Origin: a virus | Lineage: Duplodnaviria > Heunggongvirae > Uroviricota > Caudoviricetes | DNA length: 64,000 nucleotides | IMG/VR virus record: IMGVR_UViG_3300031949_000001 | Location: 91,305 to 155,304 of that record | Strand: one strand, 5' to 3' | Shown here: one piece after another, positions 45,095 through 56,303 of the stretch | Layout of the letters: each line of letters opens with the position of its first letter | Position numbering within the stretch: the first letter of the stretch is position 1 | Made by a program: the position numbers and the translations under genes | The notes under the pieces: generated by a model | What the model was told of the DNA's origin: nothing | The model's database searches: none | Seen by the model: only the letters and a program-made list of their open reading frames with translations

Positions 45095-47436
45095 TAGTTC
45101 GTGACCTCAGTTGTTCTCACATAAGCAACCCAACGAATTGTCTTAGCGGCTTCGCCGTTAACCTGAATACGTAATGAGCCATTGGTTGTATCGGCGTCTA
45201 CGTTCGCGTCCCATGCTGCGTTGGATTCCGCGAGAATAGTCTTTGTCACACCACCTTGAATAGCCGTTGATGCCGCATTGGCGTCTCTATAAATCAACCC
45301 TTGGAATGTATATGCAGCACGACCACCAGTCGCATCCGTTCGACGTGCCACGAGAGAGATGAAGAAATTGTAAGCTGAGTTATTTGGAAGAACATGCCGA
45401 ATTGTTGAACCATCTACGAACAGTTCTGTCGTTGTAGCATTCGTCGTAGAGTTGCGCATTATAATTTCGCTCTTCTGTGCATCGCCAGCGGTTGCGAAGT
45501 CACCAGTAGCAAATGCTTTCTCACCTTGTATTCTTGCATTCGTACCTTGACCAATTGCAATGCTGTTTGTTGCAGTTGCTGAAGAACCAGTACCGATTGC
45601 GACAGCATTAGTTCCTGCTACTAGCGGAGTAGTTGGAGTGCTTGGATTCTCTTTGTATAACTGGAGCGTTGTGGCTGCTGTGCGCCACGCACCTGTACTG
45701 TAGAAGTAAAACAAGTTATTTGTCGTGTCGATTTCAATTGGCGCTCTACCTGTAAATGTTGTTGGTGTTCCTGCTGGTGTTCCTGCTGAAGTTGTGATGT
45801 ATAAAAAACCATCAGTTGCGTTCGTAGCAACGGCAGCATTTCCAAGAACCAATGATCCTGCTTGTGTAAATTGACCAACCTGGGTTGCGCCATTGGTGTT
45901 AAACGTGATCGTTGAACCAGTTCCTGTGCCGGTTACTGCACCAGCTTGAATTGTGACTGCACCACCGTTTTGGTTTGTACCAACACCAGCAGAACCCGAA
46001 ATTGTTATTGCTCCACCAGCACCAGCAACGGGTGTGCCACCAGTTATTGCTACGCCGCCAGCATTGCCTGATGCTGTTCCGCCTGCACCACCTGTAATGT
46101 TGGCTGCACCACCGACACCTATCGTTCCACCAACACCACCAGTGACTAGAGCCTGACCACCTGTACCTGATGTTGCACCATTACCACCAATCAACGTAGC
46201 ATTTGAACCTGTTGTTGTTGCTGTTGTTGGTGTTCCACCCTTGATCGTAATCGCTGCTCCAGCAGCGCTATCAGCACCTTGTAAGGTAACCACGCCAACA
46301 TTAGTTACTGTTAAGATGTCGTTGGCTTGTGCTTGAATTCTGATTGGATTCGCAGTAGAGGCGGCGATTGTACTAACATCAACGAGAAATTGAGCGCCCG
46401 CGCCATTAGTAGCGGCTGAATTTTCTGTGAACGTAAATGCTGTTTTTGCGGCTGTTGTTAATGCCCAATTCCAGGTTTGAGCATTGTCGCCATTGTTTAT
46501 AGAATTAGCCCCGCCCGCCGCCGTAATTTTATCTAATGGTATTGTTCCATTGGCATTGCCGGTACCACCATTGGCTGTACCAAGAATTGATACTCCTACT
46601 GTCGCAGCCTTGGAAAGATCGATAGAACCAAAACCTAATACGGTGCCCGCTCCATCCACGCGAAGGATTTGATCCGTAGTGCCTGTGATTGCTGCAACGT
46701 CAGCTATAGCGGTTAAGGTGACTCCGAGTACAGACAATCCAACGATTTGTGTCAAGTTTGAAAACGGTAGATCATTTGAGACACCATTTGTTAAATCTAC
46801 TTGAGACCAAGCCGGATTGTTTGAAGCTCCCGTGTTAGACAAATAACGCGTGGTGTTTATGTCTTTTGCTAGTTGGGTTAAGGTGTTGACAGCAGAAGCG
46901 TAAATCAGATCGCCTTGTGTATATGAAGTTAAATCAGTTCCGCCTTTTGTTGTGGCTATCGTTGTTGCGCTCCATGCTCCAGTCGTAACTGTACCAAGAG
47001 TGGTTATTGAAGTCTGACCGACATAGGCTACATCAATATCAACAGTCGGATCACCCGCGACACCATCACCATTCGAAAGAGATATTCTGTTCGTTGTACC
47101 TTGGATTGTACGGGTTGTTGAAGTTCCTGAACCGGTAATGACATAGATTCCAGTTGTTGCGATTCCAGCCAAAGCGGTCAAATCGGAATCCAAAGGTTGA
47201 AAACCGCCAGAAACAAAATCTTCTGTAGCAGCAATATCCCAATCAGTGTCCAACGGACCAGTTTTTATATACAACGTTCCGGTAGTACGAAGATAGATCG
47301 AACCTTCTGCTGTTGAAAAACCAGTTACAGTAGGATCAGCAACCGCTGCTGTTACGGAAGATGTAGTAGTATCGTCAATGAATAACGCCAATCCGTTTTC
47401 ATCAAGTTCAAAGGATAATGTGATATCGATTGCCAT
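45094..47436 (-). CDS. Gly/Thr-rich tail fibre-like protein
   Basis: GGxxxITGG repeats, YadA-like AVAIG/SIAIG motifs, shared C-terminal module. Confidence 0.75.
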   Translation of the reverse strand: MAIDITLSFELDENGLALFIDDTTTSSVTAAVADPTVTGFSTAEGSIYLRTTGTLYIKTGPLDTDWDIAATEDFVSGGFQPLDSDLTALAGIATTGIYVITGSGTSTTRTIQGTTNRISLSNGDGVAGDPTVDIDVAYVGQTSITTLGTVTTGAWSATTIATTKGGTDLTSYTQGDLIYASAVNTLTQLAKDINTTRYLSNTGASNNPAWSQVDLTNGVSNDLPFSNLTQIVGLSVLGVTLTAIADVAAITGTTDQILRVDGAGTVLGFGSIDLSKAATVGVSILGTANGGTGNANGTIPLDKITAAGGANSINNGDNAQTWNWALTTAAKTAFTFTENSAATNGAGAQFLVDVSTIAASTANPIRIQAQANDILTVTNVGVVTLQGADSAAGAAITIKGGTPTTATTTGSNATLIGGNGATSGTGGQALVTGGVGGTIGVGGAANITGGAGGTASGNAGGVAITGGTPVAGAGGAITISGSAGVGTNQNGGAVTIQAGAVTGTGTGSTITFNTNGATQVGQFTQAGSLVLGNAAVATNATDGFLYITTSAGTPAGTPTTFTGRAPIEIDTTNNLFYFYSTGAWRTAATTLQLYKENPSTPTTPLVAGTNAVAIGTGSSATATNSIAIGQGTNARIQGEKAFATGDFATAGDAQKSEIIMRNSTTNATTTELFVDGSTIRHVLPNNSAYNFFISLVARRTDATGGRAAYTFQGLIYRDANAASTAIQGGVTKTILAESNAAWDANVDADTTNGSLRIQVNGEAAKTIRWVAYVRTTEVTN

Positions 47437-47437
47437 C

Positions 47438-48499
47438 TTATGGTCCCACCGCTGCTATACGCTTAATTTCGTAATCAAATGCTACTGACGCAGACACTGT
47501 TAGTGTTAATGCAGATCCTGCGGATGTTACATCGAAATCCAACCCCGTAATCACACCACCTACATTCAATAAATTCGATGCGGAAAAATTGACATTATTA
47601 GCATCGTCGCGAATAGCGAAAATATCTCTTGCTCGAACTCTAGTGGTATCTGAATTACTATTTACCCTTACGAGCCAACGAGCCAAATTGATTCCAACCG
47701 GCAGCGTATCAGAAGTGGAAAGTACATTTGTGCCTTTGAATTCCGCGTTATTTTGGTAAATAAATGCATTGAGCTTTGCGGTTGCTAGCTCTAGGTTGTC
47801 GTTTGTTCCAATGATAGTTCCGACTGTGTACGGACCGCCACCGGTTGGGTTTGCATAATCAGGTGTTTCCGCACCCGGCGCGTCTTTGCCTATAAAAGCT
47901 CTGATAGCCGCTTCTTCAGCAGCACTACCAAAACCAGCCATTGCCCATACTGTACCATTGTATGACCAAAGTTGTCCCGTGCCAGTGCCCTCAAGAATAT
48001 AGACGAAGTCACCAGCAGTTGCTGTATTGGAGTCTTCGATGAGTGTTGCGCCTGATCCTGGGTTACCATTAACAACATAGACATTTTCATCACCCACGGT
48101 GAGGTTCGTTAGAAGAATTCTATTGCCATTGATAAACAAGTTTGAGTTAAGTCCACCGATATTTCCGGGCGTTCCTATATCGTTAAGTTCGGTTTCAACC
48201 GCCGTAATGTTTGCCCAAACGGATGTATCGACAACACGGGCTGGCTCTCTCCAAGAACTATCAACGAAGGTGTTTACGTTTCTCCAATCGGTGCTATCAT
48301 TGGCTACGTCACGATACTTTTGATAAAGTTTAGTCGTGATAGAGTTTCCATTATTCACAACCCACAGCGAACCGATCCGTGCATTTTGAGCGTCGGTTTG
48401 AATGTTTGGTGCCGATGTTCCAGTCAGTAGTTGTACGAAGGACGATGGATCAACGACGATCTCAAGTCCTCGTTTCGCACGGTGAAAATCTGTGGTCAT
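47438..48499 (-). CDS. virion structural/fibre-associated protein
   Basis: N-terminal half homologous to 50419-53955 (KRGLEI, SWREP). Confidence 0.65.
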   Translation of the reverse strand: MTTDFHRAKRGLEIVVDPSSFVQLLTGTSAPNIQTDAQNARIGSLWVVNNGNSITTKLYQKYRDVANDSTDWRNVNTFVDSSWREPARVVDTSVWANITAVETELNDIGTPGNIGGLNSNLFINGNRILLTNLTVGDENVYVVNGNPGSGATLIEDSNTATAGDFVYILEGTGTGQLWSYNGTVWAMAGFGSAAEEAAIRAFIGKDAPGAETPDYANPTGGGPYTVGTIIGTNDNLELATAKLNAFIYQNNAEFKGTNVLSTSDTLPVGINLARWLVRVNSNSDTTRVRARDIFAIRDDANNVNFSASNLLNVGGVITGLDFDVTSAGSALTLTVSASVAFDYEIKRIAAVGP

Positions 48500-48515
48500 T
48501 TCTTTTTAAATTCCT

Positions 48516-49079
48516 TTAATTGGTTGGCCAACCGGTATTAATGTCATAGCTGATTAATGCGTCATAATCTGTTATTGCGTCAATGTTATTCTTGTGAAAC
48601 CAACTGTTTTTGTGAACCGCCCAAACGTAGTTGAAAAGGGATGTTCCCAAATCCAACATCTTGTTTGCGTCAGCAGGAATTGGATCATTGTTGATGTCTC
48701 TCCAAATGAAATCAGGAGGTAAATCTTCATTACGATTCAAAGCAGTTAATGCCATCAAAGACGCACCAATGACCTTAATCATCGAGAATTGATCAGATTG
48801 GATAGTACTTTTGTCATACGTGAATCCAGCGAAAATGAGTTTGTCTCGTATAGTGTTAACATTCTTTTTTAGATCCGCTTTGAGTTGGTCGAGTTTTGTG
48901 TTGTTAATTTCTTCCTTGGTCATAAGTCGAACGGTATCGTTCTCTACAATCCAAAGTGCAGGATCGGTGTCCTTTACTGCACTCAAATCGGGATTGATAA
49001 TCCACTCAGCAGGATCAAAATCAGGTGTATTGACACTCATTAAATATTGATTTGTTATTTTATTCAGTACGTCAGCCAT
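48516..49079 (-). CDS. tail fibre assembly/chaperone-like protein (DUF4376-like)
   Basis: GFTYD...IQSD...WRDINN...GWP. Confidence 0.7.
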   Translation of the reverse strand: MADVLNKITNQYLMSVNTPDFDPAEWIINPDLSAVKDTDPALWIVENDTVRLMTKEEINNTKLDQLKADLKKNVNTIRDKLIFAGFTYDKSTIQSDQFSMIKVIGASLMALTALNRNEDLPPDFIWRDINNDPIPADANKMLDLGTSLFNYVWAVHKNSWFHKNNIDAITDYDALISYDINTGWPTN

Positions 49080-50419
49080 TAAATGAATCTCCTCTTTTTA
49101 GATAGCGTGCCTTCCTCATATATAGGTCCGTTTACAGGAACACCATCATTTGCACTTGCTACATCAATAGCCCATGCTCGTGGACGAATAGCAAGCGTTC
49201 GTGCCACCCATGCCTCTGAATCTGATAATGTAAACGTGCCTGGATTGACTGGCTGGCTACTTTGATTCAGTCTAGCAGATCCAACCTCAGCACTATTATT
49301 TGCGCCTCCACCCGACTGAGTATCGGTACCATTTGTGAAACCGGCTGGATATACACTAACAGTTGCATCATCATCTGCTCCACCAGTTGAGGCTAACCAT
49401 AACCATGCTTCTGGACCTCCTGATGGACCCAAACTTGGTGGATTGGGATTAACTGAAGTTCCAGTTACTGCTCCGGAAGTAACCACACCAGGACCAACAA
49501 AGTTATTAGTGATTCTGTATACTTGACCAGCGCCATTACTTCCAACGTTCGTTGGAACGTTAACTGTTGTTCCACCCTCAGTGCCGTCAGCTAATTTTGT
49601 GTAAATTGCGTATGTACATGTAGCGTTTGTTGTTGGACCAATAACAGACCATCCTGTTGGTGTTGTACCAAATGTAGCACTTTCGACAGCGATCATCATC
49701 ACTAGACGATCATTTTCATTGACTGTTGCTGGCATGCTTACATTATGCGTAGTAGAATTCGCAGCAAATGAAGTCTCGGTGATAGAAGCGACAGTTGGGT
49801 ATGAAATCTGTGTAGCTGGTGGTTCATAATCCATTTTGTAGCGATTGATGAGTCCTGTGTAGATACCGTCATGTCCACGACATGCAAATAATGTTTCAAC
49901 TTCCGCATCTGTTAACACACGATTGTAAGTGCGAACGTCATCTAAAGCACCATTTAGCTCAAATCCAGCATCCCATTCTGCCATTCCAAGAAAGAGATTA
50001 TTTGCATTTGAGGCAAGTGTAGCCGGAATAGTTCCAAAATATGTCAATGTTTGTTGGACACCATCAAAGTAAAACTTTAAACGATCAGCGTTAGTTGCAC
50101 CACCCCCGTTATACACCATACACCAATGATGAAATAAACCATCTACAGATAAGATATTCGTTGTTGTTATTCCAAATTGCGTTGCGTCAGTCCCACCATT
50201 TTTTGCATTAACAATTACATCATTGTTATTACCAGCACCATCACTTTGCATACCCCAATGTGTTCCCGTGCTCGGACCTTTATCGATAACATGTTGATAG
50301 TCTGACAACGCAGTGATTCGAACCCACACCGAAAGAGTTAATGTGACTAACCCATCGAGAGCGTCAATATCGAAACAATTTACACCATCGACATTTCCAC
50401 TAGAAAAATTGAGTGCCAT
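49079..50419 (-). CDS. LamG/concanavalin A-like domain virion protein
   Basis: TLSVWV, FHHWCMVY, KFYFDG, GALDDVRTYNRVL; start reassigned to the TAATG-coupled ATG at 50419. Confidence 0.75.
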   Translation of the reverse strand: MALNFSSGNVDGVNCFDIDALDGLVTLTLSVWVRITALSDYQHVIDKGPSTGTHWGMQSDGAGNNNDVIVNAKNGGTDATQFGITTTNILSVDGLFHHWCMVYNGGGATNADRLKFYFDGVQQTLTYFGTIPATLASNANNLFLGMAEWDAGFELNGALDDVRTYNRVLTDAEVETLFACRGHDGIYTGLINRYKMDYEPPATQISYPTVASITETSFAANSTTHNVSMPATVNENDRLVMMIAVESATFGTTPTGWSVIGPTTNATCTYAIYTKLADGTEGGTTVNVPTNVGSNGAGQVYRITNNFVGPGVVTSGAVTGTSVNPNPPSLGPSGGPEAWLWLASTGGADDDATVSVYPAGFTNGTDTQSGGGANNSAEVGSARLNQSSQPVNPGTFTLSDSEAWVARTLAIRPRAWAIDVASANDGVPVNGPIYEEGTLSKKRRFI

Positions 50420-53400
50420 TATGTCGTAAACTCCCAAACTAGTTCCAATAAGTCCCAATCTCCTGTTAGCGTATCTCCTACTTGTGTACCACGTCGAGTT
50501 AATTCAAATTGACGGAATTCACCAGCAGTCCAACCAAGAGTAGCCAATGAAATTGTCTGGCTGTCATATTGGAAATTGGTATTCGTTGGGATTGAAAGTG
50601 TTGTTAAATTCAAAGCCGCAGACCACGCACCTACGGCAGTGTTATCTGGAACAACTCTATGATATAGCGTCGGTTGAACTGTTTGTGTTGCTCCTGGTGC
50701 TGTTTGAGCACGGCTCTTGATATAAATGGTGACGTTGACTGCGCCTGTTGGAACAGTAAATGCTCCACCAACACCTTCTTCGGTTGTGTCATCAAATCTA
50801 CGAACAACCAAACCGGCGTCTGCTGTATCAGCAGATGCAGGAGCGCGGGCGTTGACCGCCCAATTTGCTGTACCTGGGCTATCAAGTTGATCCGCCTGGA
50901 ATGTGAAGCGTTGGATAAATGCACCAGCAGCCGCAATAGTGATTGAACCTGCTGCCGGTGTTATTGTAATACCAGCACCAGCCGTTATCGTCTTATACTC
51001 AAGTCCAGTAGCACCAGTATTGACAGCGAGAACTTGATTTGCGGTACCAATAGAAGCCAAACCTGTACCACCTCTTGTCGTTGCAATGGTCGTAGCACTC
51101 CAAGTACCAGTCGTAACAGTTCCCAACGTTATAATCGACGTTTGACCCGCATATGTTGCATCTATGTCGATTGTTGGGTTTCCTGCAACACCCGATCCAT
51201 TTGAAACAGAAACTCTAGAGGCAGTTCCTAAGATTGAACGCGTCGTTGATGTACCTGAACCTGTAATGACGTAAATTCCGGTTGTCGCAATTGCAGCCAG
51301 GGCGGTCAAATCCGCATCTAAAGTTTGGAAGCCAGTAATTGCGTGAGAATGATCGCTACGTGAGAGTGTATTTGCTATACCAACCGCATTTGTCGAAACT
51401 GGTGTTAAATTTGCGATTGGCGCTGCCGTTGAAATTGGATCTGAGCTATTTGCTCCATGTCGAGCGGCATGCGCAAGAATATCAACACCATCAACTAAGT
51501 TTACGTTAGTGATGCTATTTCCGCCCATATTTAGACCACCAGACATTGCGCGTGTACCATTCACAAGTAGATATTGCAAGTGGTCATCGTTCGATAAACC
51601 TAACAAATCGCCGTGTTGGATACCACCAGAAATACTTGGTGTAGTAAATCCTAATCTTGGTCGAATATCCTGAATTTGAACTATATTAGGATTGCCTTCT
51701 TGAATAATAAGTGTAGCAATTGGAACTGCAAGATCAGCAAAAAAAACTGGTGGATTTGGTAAGTCAGCGATTTCTGCTTCTAATAATGTTTCATATTGAG
51801 CTTGCGCAGTAACAACTGCATATGTTTCTTCTGAACCTTCACCCGCCACATATAATGAATGTTTTGCATACCATCCAGGTGTAAGTGCCGTCAGATTGGT
51901 CAAATCATCATAATTAGCATTATCGACAACCGTTTGCCCTGTTAATTGATCTTGAACACCACCTGTATGAAAAAACTTAATGAACGTGATCGCTGATCCA
52001 CCACTTGGATTTACAGTACGTTTGGAATAATAGTATGTGCCCCCTGTAACATCTAATTCTAATGGTGTTACATTTTCAGTTACGATAGATCCAGTACCGA
52101 AAATAGATCCAATAGCTTTTCTTAAAAATTCATCAAGAAGAGTTGCTGAGGCGTTTGCGACTAAAGGAATTCTTGACAGAAAGGCAATTGCGCCGCCGGC
52201 AGTTCTTGCTCTTCCGAGTAAAATTGTCTCGATTACATTTGGAATACTACCAGCAAAAGTAATCGTGCCGCCGTTGTCAATGTAGATATAATTTTGTGTA
52301 TTATCTGCTACAGTTATAAGGGTTGTTGTCCAAGTAACACGTTTCTCGCGAAGCGTGACAGAATCAAGCAAATAACCATATCCAGCAGAAATTTCAACCT
52401 CTAATGGATTGAGTGTTCTTGATAATACTCCTCCTGATAAGACCCCTGTTGGTGATGCTTGCTGTATCAAGTCAGTGACATCAGTAATGTCGTTCTGTGT
52501 AGCTCCCAGGAAAAGTGGTCCAACCAAAACTGATCCGTCATCTGTTGCAACGCTGTCGTAATTCAATCCTAGTGATGCTCCAGTCGTAACGAACACAAAA
52601 TGTCGATTCGCTACCCCGTTAAAGAATCCAGTAGTCCCCGGATGTTCAACTGCAAGGTCAGCAGTAACCCCATTGAGCAATGTTAGGTTTGATGTTTGAA
52701 GTATCGGTGCTGCTCCCACATTCTCCACAAACACGTTCCGATTGAATCCAGACACAGAAATTCCTGACGTAGTGGTAAATATTGCGCCATCGTTAATACG
52801 AATTCCATCTCCAATAGTGGTAGTACTTTGCACGAACAAATTATTCGCATCGAATGTTGCTCCTGTTCCTTGTACGAAAGCAGCTTCAATGAAGTTTGTT
52901 CCATTCATCTCCGATGCCAATCCTATAAAGTTCCTAAGAACTGTTTGTTGTCCTGCTGTTGACGTGACACGGAAAAATCTACGAGTTTCTGCCCCGGAGT
53001 TTTGACGAGTAAATCGCAACAATACAAGTGCTGGAGTTGCTGTGGTTTCAACTACGATATGTTCGTAACAGTTCGAAATTCCAACATAATCCAAAACGGC
53101 AGGCACGGGTGCTGAAATAACTCTGATTGCCGCCGCATTTATTCCTGTCGCTCCCTGAATTTGAACCTTACTCAATCGACAGTTTGAACCGTTTATTATG
53201 AACACATCGTTTGTAGATACCGTTGGTTGGACGATGACGGTGTTATCACCAATCGCTTCGACTGACACAAACGATTTTAGAGTGATAGGGTCTTCCGTGT
53301 AAATTCCGGGATAAATTTGAACCGTAAACGAATTTGTTGAAGAGTTTGTTGTAATGCTATCAACAGCGTCTTTGATCGAGCTAAATTGACCTACACTTGG

Positions 53401-53955
53401 ATCGGTTGCGACAATTATGGCATTCGTGTGAACGTCATCGTTTAATTGCCAATCGGTACCTGTGTAGTAGAAAAGACGATTAGGATATGTACCTCGTTTG
53501 ATAAACAACGTATCGGCGTGAGTTTCGTTATTTGAAACTTCGCTGAATGTTGCAGAGGCTTGGTCATAAACGTATATGTTTGGACCTCCTCCACCAATGA
53601 TAGCGGTGAATAACACACGTTGGAGATCTGTAATTGATTCACCATCAACAATAATTGGATTACCGGGTGTTCCCGTTGGTGGGGTGATTGCTACAAGATC
53701 AACAACCTCGACAGGATTGCGCCAAGAGTCGGTCGTTTGGTCAATCACAAATTGTTCAGTTGCGTACACAAACCATTTGTTTGTGCCTGCGCCTGATAGT
53801 TGTTTGATGTATGCATCCCCGCTCGTGTCAAGGTAAAATGAACCAACTTGGGCTGTGTTGGTATCGCCAGTTACACCTGGACTGCCCGCACCTTGGAGAA
53901 TCCTTACAGAACGGTCTAGTTCAATACCTTTGGAAAGACGAAAAAATTCAAGCAT
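50419..53955 (-). CDS. large tail fibre/spike with pectin-lyase-like beta-helix region
   Basis: FSSIKDAVD...IYPGIYTE beta-helix start; fibre repeats; TATAAATA at 53982-53989. Confidence 0.7.
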   Translation of the reverse strand: MLEFFRLSKGIELDRSVRILQGAGSPGVTGDTNTAQVGSFYLDTSGDAYIKQLSGAGTNKWFVYATEQFVIDQTTDSWRNPVEVVDLVAITPPTGTPGNPIIVDGESITDLQRVLFTAIIGGGGPNIYVYDQASATFSEVSNNETHADTLFIKRGTYPNRLFYYTGTDWQLNDDVHTNAIIVATDPSVGQFSSIKDAVDSITTNSSTNSFTVQIYPGIYTEDPITLKSFVSVEAIGDNTVIVQPTVSTNDVFIINGSNCRLSKVQIQGATGINAAAIRVISAPVPAVLDYVGISNCYEHIVVETTATPALVLLRFTRQNSGAETRRFFRVTSTAGQQTVLRNFIGLASEMNGTNFIEAAFVQGTGATFDANNLFVQSTTTIGDGIRINDGAIFTTTSGISVSGFNRNVFVENVGAAPILQTSNLTLLNGVTADLAVEHPGTTGFFNGVANRHFVFVTTGASLGLNYDSVATDDGSVLVGPLFLGATQNDITDVTDLIQQASPTGVLSGGVLSRTLNPLEVEISAGYGYLLDSVTLREKRVTWTTTLITVADNTQNYIYIDNGGTITFAGSIPNVIETILLGRARTAGGAIAFLSRIPLVANASATLLDEFLRKAIGSIFGTGSIVTENVTPLELDVTGGTYYYSKRTVNPSGGSAITFIKFFHTGGVQDQLTGQTVVDNANYDDLTNLTALTPGWYAKHSLYVAGEGSEETYAVVTAQAQYETLLEAEIADLPNPPVFFADLAVPIATLIIQEGNPNIVQIQDIRPRLGFTTPSISGGIQHGDLLGLSNDDHLQYLLVNGTRAMSGGLNMGGNSITNVNLVDGVDILAHAARHGANSSDPISTAAPIANLTPVSTNAVGIANTLSRSDHSHAITGFQTLDADLTALAAIATTGIYVITGSGTSTTRSILGTASRVSVSNGSGVAGNPTIDIDATYAGQTSIITLGTVTTGTWSATTIATTRGGTGLASIGTANQVLAVNTGATGLEYKTITAGAGITITPAAGSITIAAAGAFIQRFTFQADQLDSPGTANWAVNARAPASADTADAGLVVRRFDDTTEEGVGGAFTVPTGAVNVTIYIKSRAQTAPGATQTVQPTLYHRVVPDNTAVGAWSAALNLTTLSIPTNTNFQYDSQTISLATLGWTAGEFRQFELTRRGTQVGDTLTGDWDLLELVWEFTT

Positions 53956-53984
53956 CTATCATGTTCCTATTGTTATCAACTTAT

Positions 53985-55148
53985 TTATACAGAAACAGGT
54001 TCTCTGAGGAGATCGACTGTGACTGGAAATGCTTCATTGTTTGTTAATTGAAGATTGATGTTTAAGCCAGACGTTACAACGTCCACGTCAATATCAAGAG
54101 CGGCTCCAACTTGTGAATACTCCGTAAATGAAGGATTTCCATAATGGGTTAACATATTAATCTGGAAACCTAGAGTTTCGTCTGAAGCATCATGAGACAC
54201 GGCGAGTAACCATTTAACTTGATAATAGTTAATATGATTAACTTGATCGATTGTTATTGTAGCACCGGGTCCGACAGATATACCGGTCGCCGCCGTGAGT
54301 AGAATGTCACATCCAACATCCGCCGCACATGGATTCGGAATACAATTCGAGGTTGGTGGTGGAGCGACAGTGTTTAATTGATCTGACGAGATTGCCATTC
54401 TAGAACCTACCACGGCGATATCGTTTACGTCATAGTTTGTTACTTTTAATAAAACTTTCGTACCATATGCAATAACGTCGATATCCGCAAAAATTCCCGT
54501 TGGTCCTACGATTGCGTATTGAGTTTGGCTAAATTGTGCAACCCCTTGAACGCTGTAGACTTCTCGCGCCTCAATATTTCCGGCTGTTAGGTCTAAGAGT
54601 GTCAAAAGCCATTTCTCAGCTTTGTAAAAACGAAATGGAACTGTATCAATTACAACTGTTTGACCAGTTGGCACTGTAGTGTCGTGAATTTGTGTAATGT
54701 TCATCGGAGCAAACTCGGGAGGAATCGGCACCGTAGGAACCGGAATACGAGGCACAGGTACTCGCGTCAAATAAACTATAATTTCATTCGGTTCACTGTT
54801 TGTTATTTCTAGCTGTAAATTACCACCACCGATTGTGACATTCGCGGAATGATTAACACCATTTCCTTGTATGGAGTAAACAGTAAAGACTGGTGAAGTT
54901 CCATCTTGATGAATCCCATAGAGTTCATACATTTCAACGTCGTTTGTGTGATGGTCTACAAGTGCGACAAACCATTTTGCGCCTCTATAATCACTCAAGG
55001 GTATAGCGTCAACGATGACAGTTGCAGCACTATTAACAACCACAACGCCCGTAATTGCCTGAATTGTGGGCACTATCGGAATGTTTAAAAATTCTGAAAC
55101 ATGGCAACCTGAAGAATCTTCGCTAGGTTTTGCTAAAATAACACTCAT
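53985..55148 (-). CDS. virion protein with three tandem ~100-aa beta repeats
   Basis: Three repeats of D...Y...KW...D...E...F..Y...G...L..TN. Confidence 0.7.
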   Translation of the reverse strand: MSVILAKPSEDSSGCHVSEFLNIPIVPTIQAITGVVVVNSAATVIVDAIPLSDYRGAKWFVALVDHHTNDVEMYELYGIHQDGTSPVFTVYSIQGNGVNHSANVTIGGGNLQLEITNSEPNEIIVYLTRVPVPRIPVPTVPIPPEFAPMNITQIHDTTVPTGQTVVIDTVPFRFYKAEKWLLTLLDLTAGNIEAREVYSVQGVAQFSQTQYAIVGPTGIFADIDVIAYGTKVLLKVTNYDVNDIAVVGSRMAISSDQLNTVAPPPTSNCIPNPCAADVGCDILLTAATGISVGPGATITIDQVNHINYYQVKWLLAVSHDASDETLGFQINMLTHYGNPSFTEYSQVGAALDIDVDVVTSGLNINLQLTNNEAFPVTVDLLREPVSV

Positions 55149-55179
55149 AAAAACCCCTTTACGATTTAACTGAATGTGG

Positions 55180-55196
55180 TATTTATCCGATAAATA
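55180..55196. promoter_or_regulatory. back-to-back divergent late promoters
   Basis: TATTTATC-C-GATAAATA between divergent ORFs. Confidence 0.75.
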
Positions 55197-55220
55197 TTCA
55201 TTACTTGGATAGGATCAATA

Positions 55221-55799
55221 ATGGCAAACAAAATAATTTCTGCTCGTTTCACTCAATGTGGTTCTCCAGCTACAGGATTGAGTCCCACGATTAACATTTG
55301 GGAATTACATCCAACGAATCCGGCTATTTACACACAAGTCGTCACCAACGGACCTTTGACAGAACTGTTTTCTGGTTGGTATCGCTATGACTTTACTACT
55401 TATGATTTCGCTAAAAATTACATTTTTGTGGTAGATGGTGGAGTCACTTTGTCACCTAGCGAGAGATATCAATACGGTGGAAATGAAAGCTACGAGGAAG
55501 ATATCGCTTTTGAGGTTTGGGAAGAGAACAACCTAGCTCATTTAAACATTAACACGACCGGTCTTGTCCTCAATCAAATCAAAGCCGATACCACTACGAT
55601 CATTATCAATGAGGTTGCGATTTTAGCTCTACTGACTTACGTCAGAAAGCTCTTAAGCAACAGAAATCGTATCGATCAAGTAGCAAACACTTTGATACTT
55701 TACGATGACGATGCAATAACACCATTGTTAGTGTTTGACCTTAAAGATTTTGGTGGTTTGCCAAGTATCAATCCGATTGCGGAAAGAGACCCACAATAA
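55221..55799 (+). CDS. hypothetical late/virion protein
   Basis: 192 aa, AGGA SD, late promoter upstream. Confidence 0.7.
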   Translation: MANKIISARFTQCGSPATGLSPTINIWELHPTNPAIYTQVVTNGPLTELFSGWYRYDFTTYDFAKNYIFVVDGGVTLSPSERYQYGGNESYEEDIAFEVWEENNLAHLNINTTGLVLNQIKADTTTIIINEVAILALLTYVRKLLSNRNRIDQVANTLILYDDDAITPLLVFDLKDFGGLPSINPIAERDPQ

Positions 55800-55810
55800 A
55801 AGGAATATAA

Positions 55811-56287
55811 ATGGCTTTTAAATTGTTAGGTGGTGTCAAGTCATATGGCTTAGGTTTTGACAGCACCGCTTACATGGCTGGAAATATATTCGAATTGTAT
55901 CCAGTCAGTGCTGTTGCAAAGGTTCCTGGTGGTGGTATGGAAGGTGTTATACCATTAGCACCCGGTCAAATACAGAATTTGTATCAGCCTGTTGGAGCAG
56001 CGTATCTTGTACCGTGGCGACGTGACTTCAAACCGACAAATATTCAACATGTTGGCATCAAGATCAAGTTTCAGGGTGATGAAACATTCGCTTCTGAGAA
56101 CTATTTTTTAATTAATGAGCCAACCTCGGGTTTTTCTGTTGAGGTAATTCAAATTAAACCGCAGCCTGTTATTGTCTTTAAGCCAACTACCGAAAGGATA
56201 GGAATTACTCTGTCAAAACCGCGAGCTTCTTTAACTCTCCAAAGAAGAGTTAAAATTAAGAAACTGACGCTCGATAACGATAAATAA
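55811..56287 (+). CDS. hypothetical protein
   Basis: 158 aa, AAGGA SD. Confidence 0.7.
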   Translation: MAFKLLGGVKSYGLGFDSTAYMAGNIFELYPVSAVAKVPGGGMEGVIPLAPGQIQNLYQPVGAAYLVPWRRDFKPTNIQHVGIKIKFQGDETFASENYFLINEPTSGFSVEVIQIKPQPVIVFKPTTERIGITLSKPRASLTLQRRVKIKKLTLDNDK

Positions 56288-56303
56288 TGAAAAGGATTGA
56301 ACC

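Noticed and set aside
5563-54047. Many + strand ORFs antisense to the Gly/Thr-rich fibre genes (e.g. 7065-7499, 8819-9190, 10982-11389)
   Set aside because: They are shadow frames of repetitive codons, fully nested in longer motif-bearing genes, with no SD or promoter.
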